Shown: positions 7,563 to 16,680 of the stretch, piece by piece
How the letters are laid out: each line of letters starts with the position of its first letter
Numbering within the stretch: position 1 is the stretch's first letter
Origin: an uncultured virus (IMG/VR IMGVR_UViG_3300004097_000004)
Lineage: Duplodnaviria > Heunggongvirae > Uroviricota > Caudoviricetes > Schitoviridae
Strand: one strand, 5' to 3'
Length of the DNA: 20,000 bases
IMG/VR virus record: IMGVR_UViG_3300004097_000004
Made by a program: the position numbers and the translations under genes
Notes under the pieces: generated by a model
The model's input: the letters and a program-made list of their open reading frames with translations, nothing else
The model's database searches: none
What the model was told of the DNA's origin: nothing

Positions 7563-9848
7563 TTATGTGATTAATAGTTCTTCAATAGGCTCATTAGGCC
7601 TACTGTTGATGGTTTTATATTGAAGTGGTATATCTTTTGCTGCTGCTAAGAAGTAATCCACTGAATTGTAGGACAAGTCATAAACATCAACAAAGGTGCT
7701 TCTAGTATAGAAGTCTTCAGCTGTCTCACCCAAATTTATATTTACCGTGCTTATAGGTGTCAGTAGCTGTTCTAAAGTTAAAGGTACAACACCTGTGTTA
7801 AGCATCTCTTGGGCTTCAGATAATCTGTCCCACTCACTTTCAGCGTACTCATCAAACTCTTGCATCTTTTCTTGTACTAGTTTGATCCTTTCTGCTGTCA
7901 CACGTGCATACATATTAAATGCTTGGTTTGTGGCTTCCATCAAATTTTTAGCATCTAGTATCTTACTAAAATCTATCTTACCTGACATAGCCCCTGCTGC
8001 TACCAATATCAATGTTATTACAGCTGTAAGTTCAGGGGATAATCCTACAGCCACTGCTATCTCTACAGCTATGTTGATAATTACTTTAATGGCTAAACCA
8101 GTTAATACAGTGACTACTACCGCCTCCATTAAGGCTGTAAGAGTTAGGCCAGAACCCGGTACGATTAAATTCATACCAATAGATATGACTGCCATTACTA
8201 CTTTAAATATAGTGCTTTCATACCATTTCTCTTTTATGACTTTCTTGGTGCTAACAGTTATCTGCATGGCTCTGTTAAGCAGTAACTCTCTTCTATTAAA
8301 TTGAGATTGCTCAACCACTGTTATATCTAGTGGTACTGTTAAATTCTCATCATAGTCTATGGCTGTAACTGTGTTGTTCTGATATATCTGCTTAATCCTG
8401 AGATCGTGTAGTGTCAGTTCTATGTACTGGTTATCACCTATCTGGTAAACGAATATGTGCTTACTGGTAGTTGAGCCAAATACACTGTTACCTTTGTTTG
8501 TACGCACAATACCGTACTTAACACAGAACTCACCTTTAGCTAAATCAGCACCATCGTTATTAGTAGTGACACCAGTACGTACTGATTTGCCTGCTTTGGT
8601 ATAACTTAACACCTGAGTGTATTCACTATCTGTTATGGTTTGAGTCATTCTACTCTTTTCATTACTGAGTACCGGTGCCACCCTATCCGCCACTGCTACA
8701 TCATCACTCTTGTCATATAGTGTATTAAAGTAGTTGTATAGGTATTCAGCATTGACTTGGTCATCTTGGTCTTTATTGACAGAGATAGACAGATGCATGA
8801 ATATGTACTTATAACTGCTGTCTATATCTTCAATACTTTCCTCAATCTGTTCAGTGATAGAGTCTAAGTCCAAACCTAGTAAGTTCATCATATTTTCAGT
8901 ATGTACTTTACGGGTGTCATCGTCAGCCCTTTCCACAACATCTTCACTATCTATACGTGTGTAGAGTCTTGGGTAATAATGACCGAACTCTTCCTCATAA
9001 CCTGTGGCCTTATCAATCTCCTCAATACCACCACTCATGTATTCATAAGTAAAGAGTTTGTACGTATCACCTACTTTATACATGGCCTGCATGTACTCAA
9101 CCTCTTCAGGTGCGTCTACTGTACTCTCAAGCACTACAGGGAATACATCATCTAGTGATATGGTTTCAGTACCTGTCTCTAATTGATTATTTAAACTATA
9201 CACGTAGGTTATGATTAGTTTATCTGCATCACCTATCTCTATGTCTGGTTGCTCTCTATTAGGGTCTACTGCTCTGTCTGGAGTATATCCGTAGGACATA
9301 GCCAAGCCATACTGCTCTGTAGTGCCCATTCTAGTGCTTTCATCTATGGATTCTTGTGTTAGTATCATCTGACTGCTTAGTAGGTAACAAGGCGTACCCA
9401 TACGCACTGAGAGCTTCTTAATCTCATTGGTTTTACCTGAGTACAAGTAATCATCGTATAAGGCCTTCCAACCGAAGTGGTAAGGGTTCTTATCATTTAG
9501 GCTGTTATAGAGCACACTTACTGCCTGACCTTCTACAGTCTCAAGGTATGTAGTGAGGGCTGCTTTAGTATCAGTGAGACTCGTAGTACTGATACTTGAT
9601 CTAGGTACACCAAATATGTAGTTATCCGTGTCTAAGGCTCTGTTATAGGCCTGTTTCCACTTAACAGGCATAGACGTACTTCTGATACCTGTCACGCACT
9701 CTCCAAGGCTTTTGGAGTCCATACTAGGCCTTAGATTTAGCTTCCTCTCTGCTATATACTTTTGCATACCATAATCAGCAGAGCTGCTATAGTTTTCGTC
9801 ATCTAGCAGTCTCTGTGTTACTGAACTTCTATACGTCTTACTACCCAT
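7563..9848 (-). CDS. Virion structural protein, N4 gp53-like (tail plug/tip candidate), about 761 aa
   Basis: Long ORF with a KEKWYES motif followed by several hydrophobic segments, as in gp53 homologues. I moved the start from 9896 to the ATG at 9848 (MGSKTY...) because a GGGTG RBS precedes it and the upstream extension overlaps a terminator. Confidence 0.75.
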   Translation of the reverse strand: MGSKTYRSSVTQRLLDDENYSSSADYGMQKYIAERKLNLRPSMDSKSLGECVTGIRSTSMPVKWKQAYNRALDTDNYIFGVPRSSISTTSLTDTKAALTTYLETVEGQAVSVLYNSLNDKNPYHFGWKALYDDYLYSGKTNEIKKLSVRMGTPCYLLSSQMILTQESIDESTRMGTTEQYGLAMSYGYTPDRAVDPNREQPDIEIGDADKLIITYVYSLNNQLETGTETISLDDVFPVVLESTVDAPEEVEYMQAMYKVGDTYKLFTYEYMSGGIEEIDKATGYEEEFGHYYPRLYTRIDSEDVVERADDDTRKVHTENMMNLLGLDLDSITEQIEESIEDIDSSYKYIFMHLSISVNKDQDDQVNAEYLYNYFNTLYDKSDDVAVADRVAPVLSNEKSRMTQTITDSEYTQVLSYTKAGKSVRTGVTTNNDGADLAKGEFCVKYGIVRTNKGNSVFGSTTSKHIFVYQIGDNQYIELTLHDLRIKQIYQNNTVTAIDYDENLTVPLDITVVEQSQFNRRELLLNRAMQITVSTKKVIKEKWYESTIFKVVMAVISIGMNLIVPGSGLTLTALMEAVVVTVLTGLAIKVIINIAVEIAVAVGLSPELTAVITLILVAAGAMSGKIDFSKILDAKNLMEATNQAFNMYARVTAERIKLVQEKMQEFDEYAESEWDRLSEAQEMLNTGVVPLTLEQLLTPISTVNINLGETAEDFYTRSTFVDVYDLSYNSVDYFLAAAKDIPLQYKTINSRPNEPIEELLIT

Positions 9849-9861
9849 AATATTCACCCAT

Positions 9862-9891
9862 AAAAAAAGGACATTGTCTCCAATGCCCTTT
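9862..9891 (-). terminator. Rho-independent terminator after the gp54-like gene
   Basis: Minus strand reads AGGGCATTG-GAGA-CAATGTCCT then TTTTTT: a 9-bp stem, a GNRA tetraloop and a U7 tract. Confidence 0.88.
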
Positions 9892-9908
9892 ATCATATAC
9901 TAAACCAA

Positions 9909-11090
9909 TTAAACAATAGTAACATCAATACCACTCATGATTGACTGCACTGCTTTACCAATAGTTGTGTCTTCCAACTTATTGTTAGCATCAGCTCTGT
10001 TACCATCAGGGTCATTTTGATTTCTAACTATCCATGTGTCTATCAATAACTTAGCAGCTGTTTGTTGTGCGCTACGTAAGAAAGTTTTTGATTGCTCCTG
10101 TATTAAATTATTGTTATAGGCCAATACAGAGTCTTCAGTTAAATCAGAACCATCTACCTGAGCTTTCTCAGTTTTAGTCTTCTGGTCATAAAAAGATTTC
10201 TGTGAAGTGGTCAGTGCTACCTCTGCAGGTAGTTTATTAGCTAACTCATATTTAGTCAGTAATATCTGCTCTGCTTTTAACAACAAGTCTTTACTACTTA
10301 GATCCAATTGAGCTTGTTTAACCAACAGCTCTTTAGTTCCTAAATCAATTTGATTTTGCTTGAGTAAAATATCTTTAGTGGCTAAATCAATCTGAGCTTG
10401 CTTAACAAGTATCTCTTTATCAGATAACGCTAACTGCTTTTCTTTAAGTGTGATATCAGATTGTATAGACTCTAATTCCACTGCCTGTTTGAAGTCACGC
10501 TCAAATACGAGCATATCCCACTGAACATCTTTAAGTTTAGTATCAGCAGTAATGGATTTGGTTTGCTCATCAATCTGATCACGTTGTGCAACAGTGTTAA
10601 GTGTTTGTTGTACGACTTGAGCTTCTTGTACTGTAACGAGTGATGTCTGTGCTTCAGTGGCTTCCAACTGAGCGGGTAGTATAAAGTTGGTCTGATAATC
10701 TGTCTGTCTTGTATTGGCTAATACCATTGCTGCATTAGCATTCTCAGTTGTAATCTGAGCTTCAAGTAGCGCAGCTTGCTTGGTAGTTAATACCGTATCA
10801 GCAGCCAGTTTACCTATCTGCGCTTCCAGTAGTTGTAGCTCTAAACCCATCTTAGACTTAGCCAACGCATACTGCGTGGCTTGCGCCATTACCTGTGTAA
10901 GAGACTGTGAGAAGACATTAGCATAGTCAGTACCACGAATACGTTCAGCATCAAACTCCTCACGTAAGTGGGATTTAACAGCTTTGAGCATTACATCAAA
11001 GACACCATTACCATCTGCGGTGCCTTTAGTCAGCTCATCAATCTGGAACTCAAGACTGATACTACTATCTGGAATTGGAATAGAAGACAT
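9909..11090 (-). CDS. Virion structural protein, N4 gp54-like (coiled-coil tail tube candidate), 393 aa
   Basis: N-terminal LTKGTADGNGVFDVMLKAVKSHLREEFDAERIRGTDYANVF and C-terminal QTAAKLLIDTWIVR motifs are typical of the gp54 family. It has an AAGG RBS and an extended coiled coil. Confidence 0.82.
   Translation of the reverse strand: MSSIPIPDSSISLEFQIDELTKGTADGNGVFDVMLKAVKSHLREEFDAERIRGTDYANVFSQSLTQVMAQATQYALAKSKMGLELQLLEAQIGKLAADTVLTTKQAALLEAQITTENANAAMVLANTRQTDYQTNFILPAQLEATEAQTSLVTVQEAQVVQQTLNTVAQRDQIDEQTKSITADTKLKDVQWDMLVFERDFKQAVELESIQSDITLKEKQLALSDKEILVKQAQIDLATKDILLKQNQIDLGTKELLVKQAQLDLSSKDLLLKAEQILLTKYELANKLPAEVALTTSQKSFYDQKTKTEKAQVDGSDLTEDSVLAYNNNLIQEQSKTFLRSAQQTAAKLLIDTWIVRNQNDPDGNRADANNKLEDTTIGKAVQSIMSGIDVTIV
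10245..10454 (-). repeat. Five tandem 14-aa (42-nt) degenerate repeats within the gp54-like gene
   Basis: ITLKEKQLALSDKE / ILVKQAQIDLATKD / ILLKQNQIDLGTKE / LLVKQAQLDLSSKD / LLLKAEQILLTKYE. Confidence 0.85.
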
Positions 11091-11103
11091 TATATAACCT
11101 TAA

Positions 11104-11637
11104 TTAGTCGTTTACAGCGTTACGGTTTTCTTGGCTACGACCAAGCTCAATTAACTCTTCTTTGGTAAGTGTAGGCAAGCGGGTAACATTGAATGCTTTA
11201 GCCATCTTAGACTCACGTACATCACGACCGTTCACACGCTTGGTAGTGAAGTATTGCATTTCCTGAGCTTCAATGTGCTCAAGGATAATGTTTGGGATAT
11301 GGAACTCACTGTTGAACAGAATATACTTACTGATCGTGTTGATAACAGAGTTACCTACAGAGAACAACTGGCCTTGGTAGTCTCGCATATGGGCGGCCAC
11401 TGGCATTACAACTGCACGAATTAGTTTGCCGCTTTCTTTTTCAAGAGTCACACGGTCTTTGTTTGAAATAGACTTATCATTATCATCTGACTCAGACAGT
11501 AGTAAATCCATGATTTGCTTGCGTAGTGCTTTGGCACTCACATTACCTTTATAGTCTAAACCAAGAATATCAGCTTGAGTCTTTAGTAGCTCAATTTCGC
11601 TAGGTAATTTAACTTCTTTAGTAGTATCAACGCTCAT
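11104..11637 (-). CDS. Conserved N4 gp55-like protein, about 177 aa
   Basis: ELLKTQADILGLDYKGNVSAKALRKQI and LPTLTKEELIELG motifs, located just downstream of the capsid gene. ATG 11637 (after AAGGTGCAGGA) is preferred over TTG 11655. Confidence 0.8.
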   Translation of the reverse strand: MSVDTTKEVKLPSEIELLKTQADILGLDYKGNVSAKALRKQIMDLLLSESDDNDKSISNKDRVTLEKESGKLIRAVVMPVAAHMRDYQGQLFSVGNSVINTISKYILFNSEFHIPNIILEHIEAQEMQYFTTKRVNGRDVRESKMAKAFNVTRLPTLTKEELIELGRSQENRNAVND

Positions 11638-11671
11638 TAGTCCTGCACCTTGCAATTATTTAATTATAGAT

Positions 11672-11705
11672 AAAAGATTGGCCTAACCCCACATGGGGCT
11701 AGACC
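11672..11705 (-). terminator. Stem-loop or weak terminator after the major capsid gene
   Basis: Minus strand reads GGTCTAGCCCC-ATGT-GGGGTTAGGCC (11 bp including G-U pairs) followed by AATCTTTTAT, a displaced U-tract. Confidence 0.65.
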
Positions 11706-11714
11706 GGTTAGTTG

Positions 11715-12890
11715 TTACATTACAGCAGCTGTCTTGATAACTGCGATACGCTCAGTACGTAGGCCCATGAAGCCGTACCACCATTTGATAGAGCTGAAGC
11801 CCATTTCGCCATACGGATCATTACGGTCTGCAGTTTCAACGCCGGGCTTACGGTTAACAGTTTCAAACTTATTACCTTTACCATCAGTTTGGAAACCAAT
11901 AGTAGTGAATGATTCATCACCAACAATCAATAGTGGGAATACATCGTATTTAGTACCTGTACTATGGAATGAAGCATCAGAGTTAGTAGCACCAACACCT
12001 GCCCATTTGAACATGTTAGGGACAACTACAAAGCGGAACTCACCAATAGAACCACGTTCGCCTTTAAGCAGAGTAGTACCTGCAGCATACTGGTTGACCG
12101 GAACAAAGGCACGTTCACCATGTAAATCTTTCATGGCTTCAAGAGTATGGATCATTTCAGAACCACAGTAAACAACACGGCAAGCAGGGATAGTCTTGGT
12201 ATCAATGTTACGAGTACCAGTGATAATCTTAGTTTGCTTAGGCGTACGGTTGTTGTCCAAAGTAATCGCCACACGCATCAAATCAGTGTAGGTCAGTACA
12301 GAGGTTTCACTTACGGTAGCAGCAGTTGTTGCAGCACCTGTAAAGTAAATCGTAGCAGCGTTGGTCAATAGGTCAATCTGTAGTGCATCTTCAGTTACCT
12401 GCATGGCGCCAGTCATTAGCTCACGCATGATATGACTCATCATTTCAGGATCAGAGTCAAAGTTCATCAAGTCTTTTGAGTATTCAGTGAAGAAACCAAA
12501 TTTCTCAAAAGTACCTTCAATTTCTTTACGCTTGAAACCAACACGGTTGACACGACCACCAGTCTCACCAAGTGCAGGGAGCTTACCAGTGATTAAACCA
12601 ATGTCTTTGGTACTGCCATAGAGATTACCATCAACAAGTTCAGCACCCGCTGCGTCAATCCCCTGATCGTTGATGTTGGCATCATCAAGTAAAGGTAGGT
12701 AATGATACTGCTTAATGCGTGTACCAGAGTTTTTAGGCATACTACGTACATCAGCTAACTGACCGAAGTATTGCTCTTCACGTGCTTCAACAAGAGCTTT
12801 ACGCTCAAAGAAGTGTGGATTTAATTGGGTAGAGCCTACGGTAGACGCACCGTCATTATAGGTCATACCTTGTTTAGTTGCTGCAACCAT
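11715..12890 (-). CDS. Major capsid protein, N4 gp56 family, 391 aa
   Basis: Family motifs YFGQLADVRSMPKN, YLPLLDDANINDQGIDA, GNLYGSTKD, GGRVNRVGF and DPYGEMGFSSIKWWYG. AAGGA RBS. Confidence 0.97.
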   Translation of the reverse strand: MVAATKQGMTYNDGASTVGSTQLNPHFFERKALVEAREEQYFGQLADVRSMPKNSGTRIKQYHYLPLLDDANINDQGIDAAGAELVDGNLYGSTKDIGLITGKLPALGETGGRVNRVGFKRKEIEGTFEKFGFFTEYSKDLMNFDSDPEMMSHIMRELMTGAMQVTEDALQIDLLTNAATIYFTGAATTAATVSETSVLTYTDLMRVAITLDNNRTPKQTKIITGTRNIDTKTIPACRVVYCGSEMIHTLEAMKDLHGERAFVPVNQYAAGTTLLKGERGSIGEFRFVVVPNMFKWAGVGATNSDASFHSTGTKYDVFPLLIVGDESFTTIGFQTDGKGNKFETVNRKPGVETADRNDPYGEMGFSSIKWWYGFMGLRTERIAVIKTAAVM

Positions 12891-12907
12891 CGTTATATTC
12901 CTTCAGA

Positions 12908-14041
12908 TTAATATAATTTGTGTAGTTCGGCCATTTTCATAATCTCTTCATCAGAGACAGCCAGTGGATTGAATGCTTCTTCTTTAGCAGAACTGCCACT
13001 ATTAGGGCTAGCCACTTTACGCTTCTTGCTGTTATTACTTGCAGCTTTAGGCTTAGGTCGTGGTGCTTTAATAACTGGTTTAGGTTCTGCAGGTTTAGTG
13101 CTAGGTATTAGTGTTTGCTCCACAATAGAGTAAGCCTGAATATCTGATACATCTTTCAAACGTCCGCAAGAACGTTCGTATTCAACCTTATCTAAAATCT
13201 TATTGAAGTCACCATTTTCTTGCTGTTCACTAAGCACACGTAGAACGTTAGGATTGTTGATAACAAAGTGGTGACTATCTTCATCCCATGAGCCAGAGAT
13301 AGTTTGTAGTAGTCCTGCAAATTTTGGTGAGCTTCTTAGCTCTGCGACCACTTCTTGAAACTTACTCTGCTCAATAACTTTATTAACTGGCTTGTAGCTA
13401 TCTGTGTCCTCAGACTCAAGATCATAAGCTTCAATACCACTATCTTTCACAAGTTTGGCAATGGCTTTAGGGTCTTTGTTATGCAGGTCAATTAGATAGG
13501 AGATTTTCTCATTACTCATTAAACCATGTTCTTCAAGTGTTCTAAGTACACCCATTCCCGGTTTCATCTCAGCCATACGCTTGCTGTAGTTGATACCTTG
13601 CTGCACTAAAGTCTTAATGTCAGATGGGTTGCTAATGCTCATCATCTTACCGTTAGCTTTAAACTCAGCAGTGACAGCGTCATAGAAACTTTGCAGCTCT
13701 TCTAATGACATACCATCTGTAGGTTCTTCCGACTCTTCGTCAGTGTCCTCATCAGCATCTTCTTGAGTACCTTCATCGGCATTGTCAAAAACATCGGCTT
13801 CTGTGGTATCTGCAGGCTCTTCAGTTTCATCTACTTCGGCAGTTTCCACTTCTTCCTGTTCTTCTTCTTCACCATCTATTTCTGACTCTGCATTGTCAGC
13901 TTCTGGCTCCGGAGCTTCTTCAGGTTCTTCTGGCGTTTGCTCAGCAGGTTCCTCATCAGCAACCTCTTCGTTGTCAGCAACAAATTGACCGAAATCCATT
14001 TGTGCTAATTCTTCATCGGACATACTATACATATCAGGCAT
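12908..14041 (-). CDS. N4 gp57-like protein (probable head scaffold/assembly protein, often annotated as tape measure), 377 aa
   Basis: Very acidic N-terminal ~110 aa, conserved FKANGK...LVQQGINYSKRM and YLIDLHNKDPKAIAKLVKDSGI core, and a basic Pro-rich tail. It lies immediately upstream of the capsid gene. Confidence 0.82.
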   Translation of the reverse strand: MPDMYSMSDEELAQMDFGQFVADNEEVADEEPAEQTPEEPEEAPEPEADNAESEIDGEEEEQEEVETAEVDETEEPADTTEADVFDNADEGTQEDADEDTDEESEEPTDGMSLEELQSFYDAVTAEFKANGKMMSISNPSDIKTLVQQGINYSKRMAEMKPGMGVLRTLEEHGLMSNEKISYLIDLHNKDPKAIAKLVKDSGIEAYDLESEDTDSYKPVNKVIEQSKFQEVVAELRSSPKFAGLLQTISGSWDEDSHHFVINNPNVLRVLSEQQENGDFNKILDKVEYERSCGRLKDVSDIQAYSIVEQTLIPSTKPAEPKPVIKAPRPKPKAASNNSKKRKVASPNSGSSAKEEAFNPLAVSDEEIMKMAELHKLY

Positions 14042-14358
14042 TAATATAACTCACTCTCAGGGATAGCTTTAGCATCTTTAAGATTGCTTTCAGACAATTG
14101 CCCTTCTTTAATTGTGGATTTTAAGAACAGGTTAAAACGACTAATAGCATCAAGCTCTGCAACTAGTTCTACATACTCTGCACTATCTCGTGCATGCATA
14201 CATAATTTATTAACTATCTCAATTGGGTAATCCTTTAGGTACATATCAGTTACTAAACTAAAATCTTTATTTGCATAAAGCAGTTCAGCTGAACGTCCTA
14301 GTTTTACCTTAGATTCTAGTGTTGCAATCTCTTTATCTAAATCAGTACGTGATAACAT
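14041..14358 (-). CDS. N4 gp58-like small conserved protein, 105 aa
   Basis: AAGG RBS and TAATG coupling to the next gene. The LYANKDF and LDAISRFNLFL patterns and the position between portal and gp57 fit gp58. Confidence 0.75.
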   Translation of the reverse strand: MLSRTDLDKEIATLESKVKLGRSAELLYANKDFSLVTDMYLKDYPIEIVNKLCMHARDSAEYVELVAELDAISRFNLFLKSTIKEGQLSESNLKDAKAIPESELY

Positions 14359-14433
14359 CTGTTCTTACCTTAGTTGATTGTTGTATTTATAACCCAATAC
14401 TAAATTGGGTACATAATTTATTTTCAATTTATT

Positions 14434-16680
14434 TTATGCAGATGCAGGGCTAGGTATGCGTGCTTGCATCTCAACATCGGCTGCTGACTTCAGTAAGTCC
14501 ATGTTATGCTTATCTTTCATCTGCTGTGACTGAGCTGCTGCCTTAGCTTCTTGAGACATCAAATTACCTTGGTTCACTGCATCTTGTTTAGCAAGCTCAT
14601 TAGCCTGTTTAACACCACTCTCACGTTCAGCAAAGTCAATGGCCTTGTTACCGGCATCACCTTCTAGTGAGCGTGCTCGTGCGTTCTCTACACCAACTTT
14701 CTCACCATATACAAGAGACTTGGCTTCAAGTTCTTTAGCTTCTGCCATAATTTTAGCAATCTCAGCTTTCTTATACTCAATCTCAAGTTGTTGCATTTCT
14801 TGCTGCATTGGGTCAGGTTCAGGTGCATAATCCTCAAGCATCTTGGCTAGGTCAGGCATCTTACGTAAAGTAGCAATCTTAGCTAAAATGGTTTGCATGA
14901 TCTTTGGACCCATCTTATCGCCCATGGTTTGCAACATGAATGCAAGCTCTTCAGCACTGGCATTATCTGCTTCAGCTGTTGAGATAGTAAGAACCAAGTC
15001 AAAGTCGCCCGCTAGGTCATCTCTACGTATCTTAATAAACTCACTATTAGTAATACGTACAGTTTCTTCCTCTGATAAAAACTCAGAGTTCATAGAGATA
15101 ATTTTCTTACCTATATTTTTGAAACCTTCAGATATACGTCTAAGAATACTAAGCTCACGTTTAGATACAGCATCCAGTACGCCACGGACACCAGTGGCAG
15201 TATTACCGAAGTTAACGCCATTTAATCCCTCCTGACCAAATGCTTTCACACCTGATAAAGACTCAGAGTCGTTATTGACCATCTGAATAACTTGCATTGC
15301 ACTATTAGGTATCTCAGGGAATTTATGCATGTGCATATGCACTCTAGGGTCAAACCCTTGGTTAAACTCATAATCATCACCATTACGGTATCTAATCTTG
15401 TTTGAGCTATCCAAGAAGTTTTTACTGTACCCAGTTTGAGCATTGGCACTCTTACCCATGATATCAATAACACCACGTGTCACTGCACCTAAGATGTTTT
15501 GATTATCCCCCAACAACTCAGCATCAGGTATACCATAGATAGACTCTTCTTCCGGTAAATAGTTAAACACTACAAACGGTGGCTTCTTATCAGGGAACGG
15601 ATTCTCCTCCATACGGATAATAGTATTACCTACCCATGAAGCCATGATAGAAGTTGTCTCACCGCTACCATCAATATCTAGATAACCCCAATATTCATAT
15701 ACCACAATTTTCTTACGGGCTTTATCTTTGAACTTGAAGTTAAGCAACTCACTGGAACCATCATGATCAAATGCATCACCATGTTCATAGTTCTCAAGCT
15801 TATCCAAATTTTTGAAGTTACCATCTTTCTTCAAGTCAGAGAGTGAGCTTTCATAACTGTAGATAATGAACTGAGCTTTATTAATATCACCCATACAGGT
15901 TGGGTCAACATACACATTACGGATATTACAGACTTCAGTAGTTGGTTTATTATATAAAGTCTTTGTGGTTTTCTCCTCTACTTCACCAACAGCAATTGCT
16001 TGTAAAGGCATACTCTGTTCCATGCTCATTTCAAAGCCAGCTTTAAGCTCTTCAGGTAATTGCTCATAACTATCAGGTTCAGATACTTTAAGCTGCTCTA
16101 ACTGCTGATACTGTTGCATTAGGGCTTCATCTTGAGTAGGTACATAGTCAAACTCAGTAACCATTTCAGTCACTGTCACTTCTTTAAAGCGCCAACCAGT
16201 GCGGGCAATTACCGTACCATCTTTAGCTAAACGTCTGACAATACTATCAACCAAAAACACTTTATTAAGGTCATTATTAAATTGGCGATTAAGTATCAGA
16301 GAGTTTTGTTTGGCTCTATTCACATCTTCAAAGGTAAGCGGCTTTACTTCAAACAGATTGTTAGTGGACAAGAACGGTTCTGACAGCGCAGGACAGCGCC
16401 ACTCAACTTGCTTACGTATAAGTTTAGGACTTACACGACTACCTTTAGTATCTTTATCCCCAAACTTAGGGGCATCATAGAGTTTATTCCAACGGTCTAA
16501 GTCACCCATGAAAGATGCTCTATCATTTTTAGCACCCTCAAAATCTTCCTTAAGGTCTTCTAATGTAGGTTCATTCTTCCAGTTAGTAAACTTAGTTTTA
16601 CTCACAATATCTGTGACTCTACTACCCTTACCCTCTAACACCTCATCATCTGAGTATTTAGATAAATCTTTTGTATCCAT
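14434..16680 (-). CDS. Portal protein, N4 gp59-like, 748 aa
   Basis: Motifs TNWKNEPTLEDLK, PKLIRKQVEWRCPALSEPFL, CNIRNVYVDPTC, VVYEYWG and IRMEENPFPD, with a C-terminal coiled-coil barrel. Confidence 0.96.
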   Translation of the reverse strand: MDTKDLSKYSDDEVLEGKGSRVTDIVSKTKFTNWKNEPTLEDLKEDFEGAKNDRASFMGDLDRWNKLYDAPKFGDKDTKGSRVSPKLIRKQVEWRCPALSEPFLSTNNLFEVKPLTFEDVNRAKQNSLILNRQFNNDLNKVFLVDSIVRRLAKDGTVIARTGWRFKEVTVTEMVTEFDYVPTQDEALMQQYQQLEQLKVSEPDSYEQLPEELKAGFEMSMEQSMPLQAIAVGEVEEKTTKTLYNKPTTEVCNIRNVYVDPTCMGDINKAQFIIYSYESSLSDLKKDGNFKNLDKLENYEHGDAFDHDGSSELLNFKFKDKARKKIVVYEYWGYLDIDGSGETTSIMASWVGNTIIRMEENPFPDKKPPFVVFNYLPEEESIYGIPDAELLGDNQNILGAVTRGVIDIMGKSANAQTGYSKNFLDSSNKIRYRNGDDYEFNQGFDPRVHMHMHKFPEIPNSAMQVIQMVNNDSESLSGVKAFGQEGLNGVNFGNTATGVRGVLDAVSKRELSILRRISEGFKNIGKKIISMNSEFLSEEETVRITNSEFIKIRRDDLAGDFDLVLTISTAEADNASAEELAFMLQTMGDKMGPKIMQTILAKIATLRKMPDLAKMLEDYAPEPDPMQQEMQQLEIEYKKAEIAKIMAEAKELEAKSLVYGEKVGVENARARSLEGDAGNKAIDFAERESGVKQANELAKQDAVNQGNLMSQEAKAAAQSQQMKDKHNMDLLKSAADVEMQARIPSPASA

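Noticed and set aside
9849..9896. ORF-track N-terminal extensions (starts at 9896, also 11655 and 17360)
   Set aside because: They overlap a terminator or the upstream gene, or lack an RBS. Downstream ATGs have better RBS sequences.
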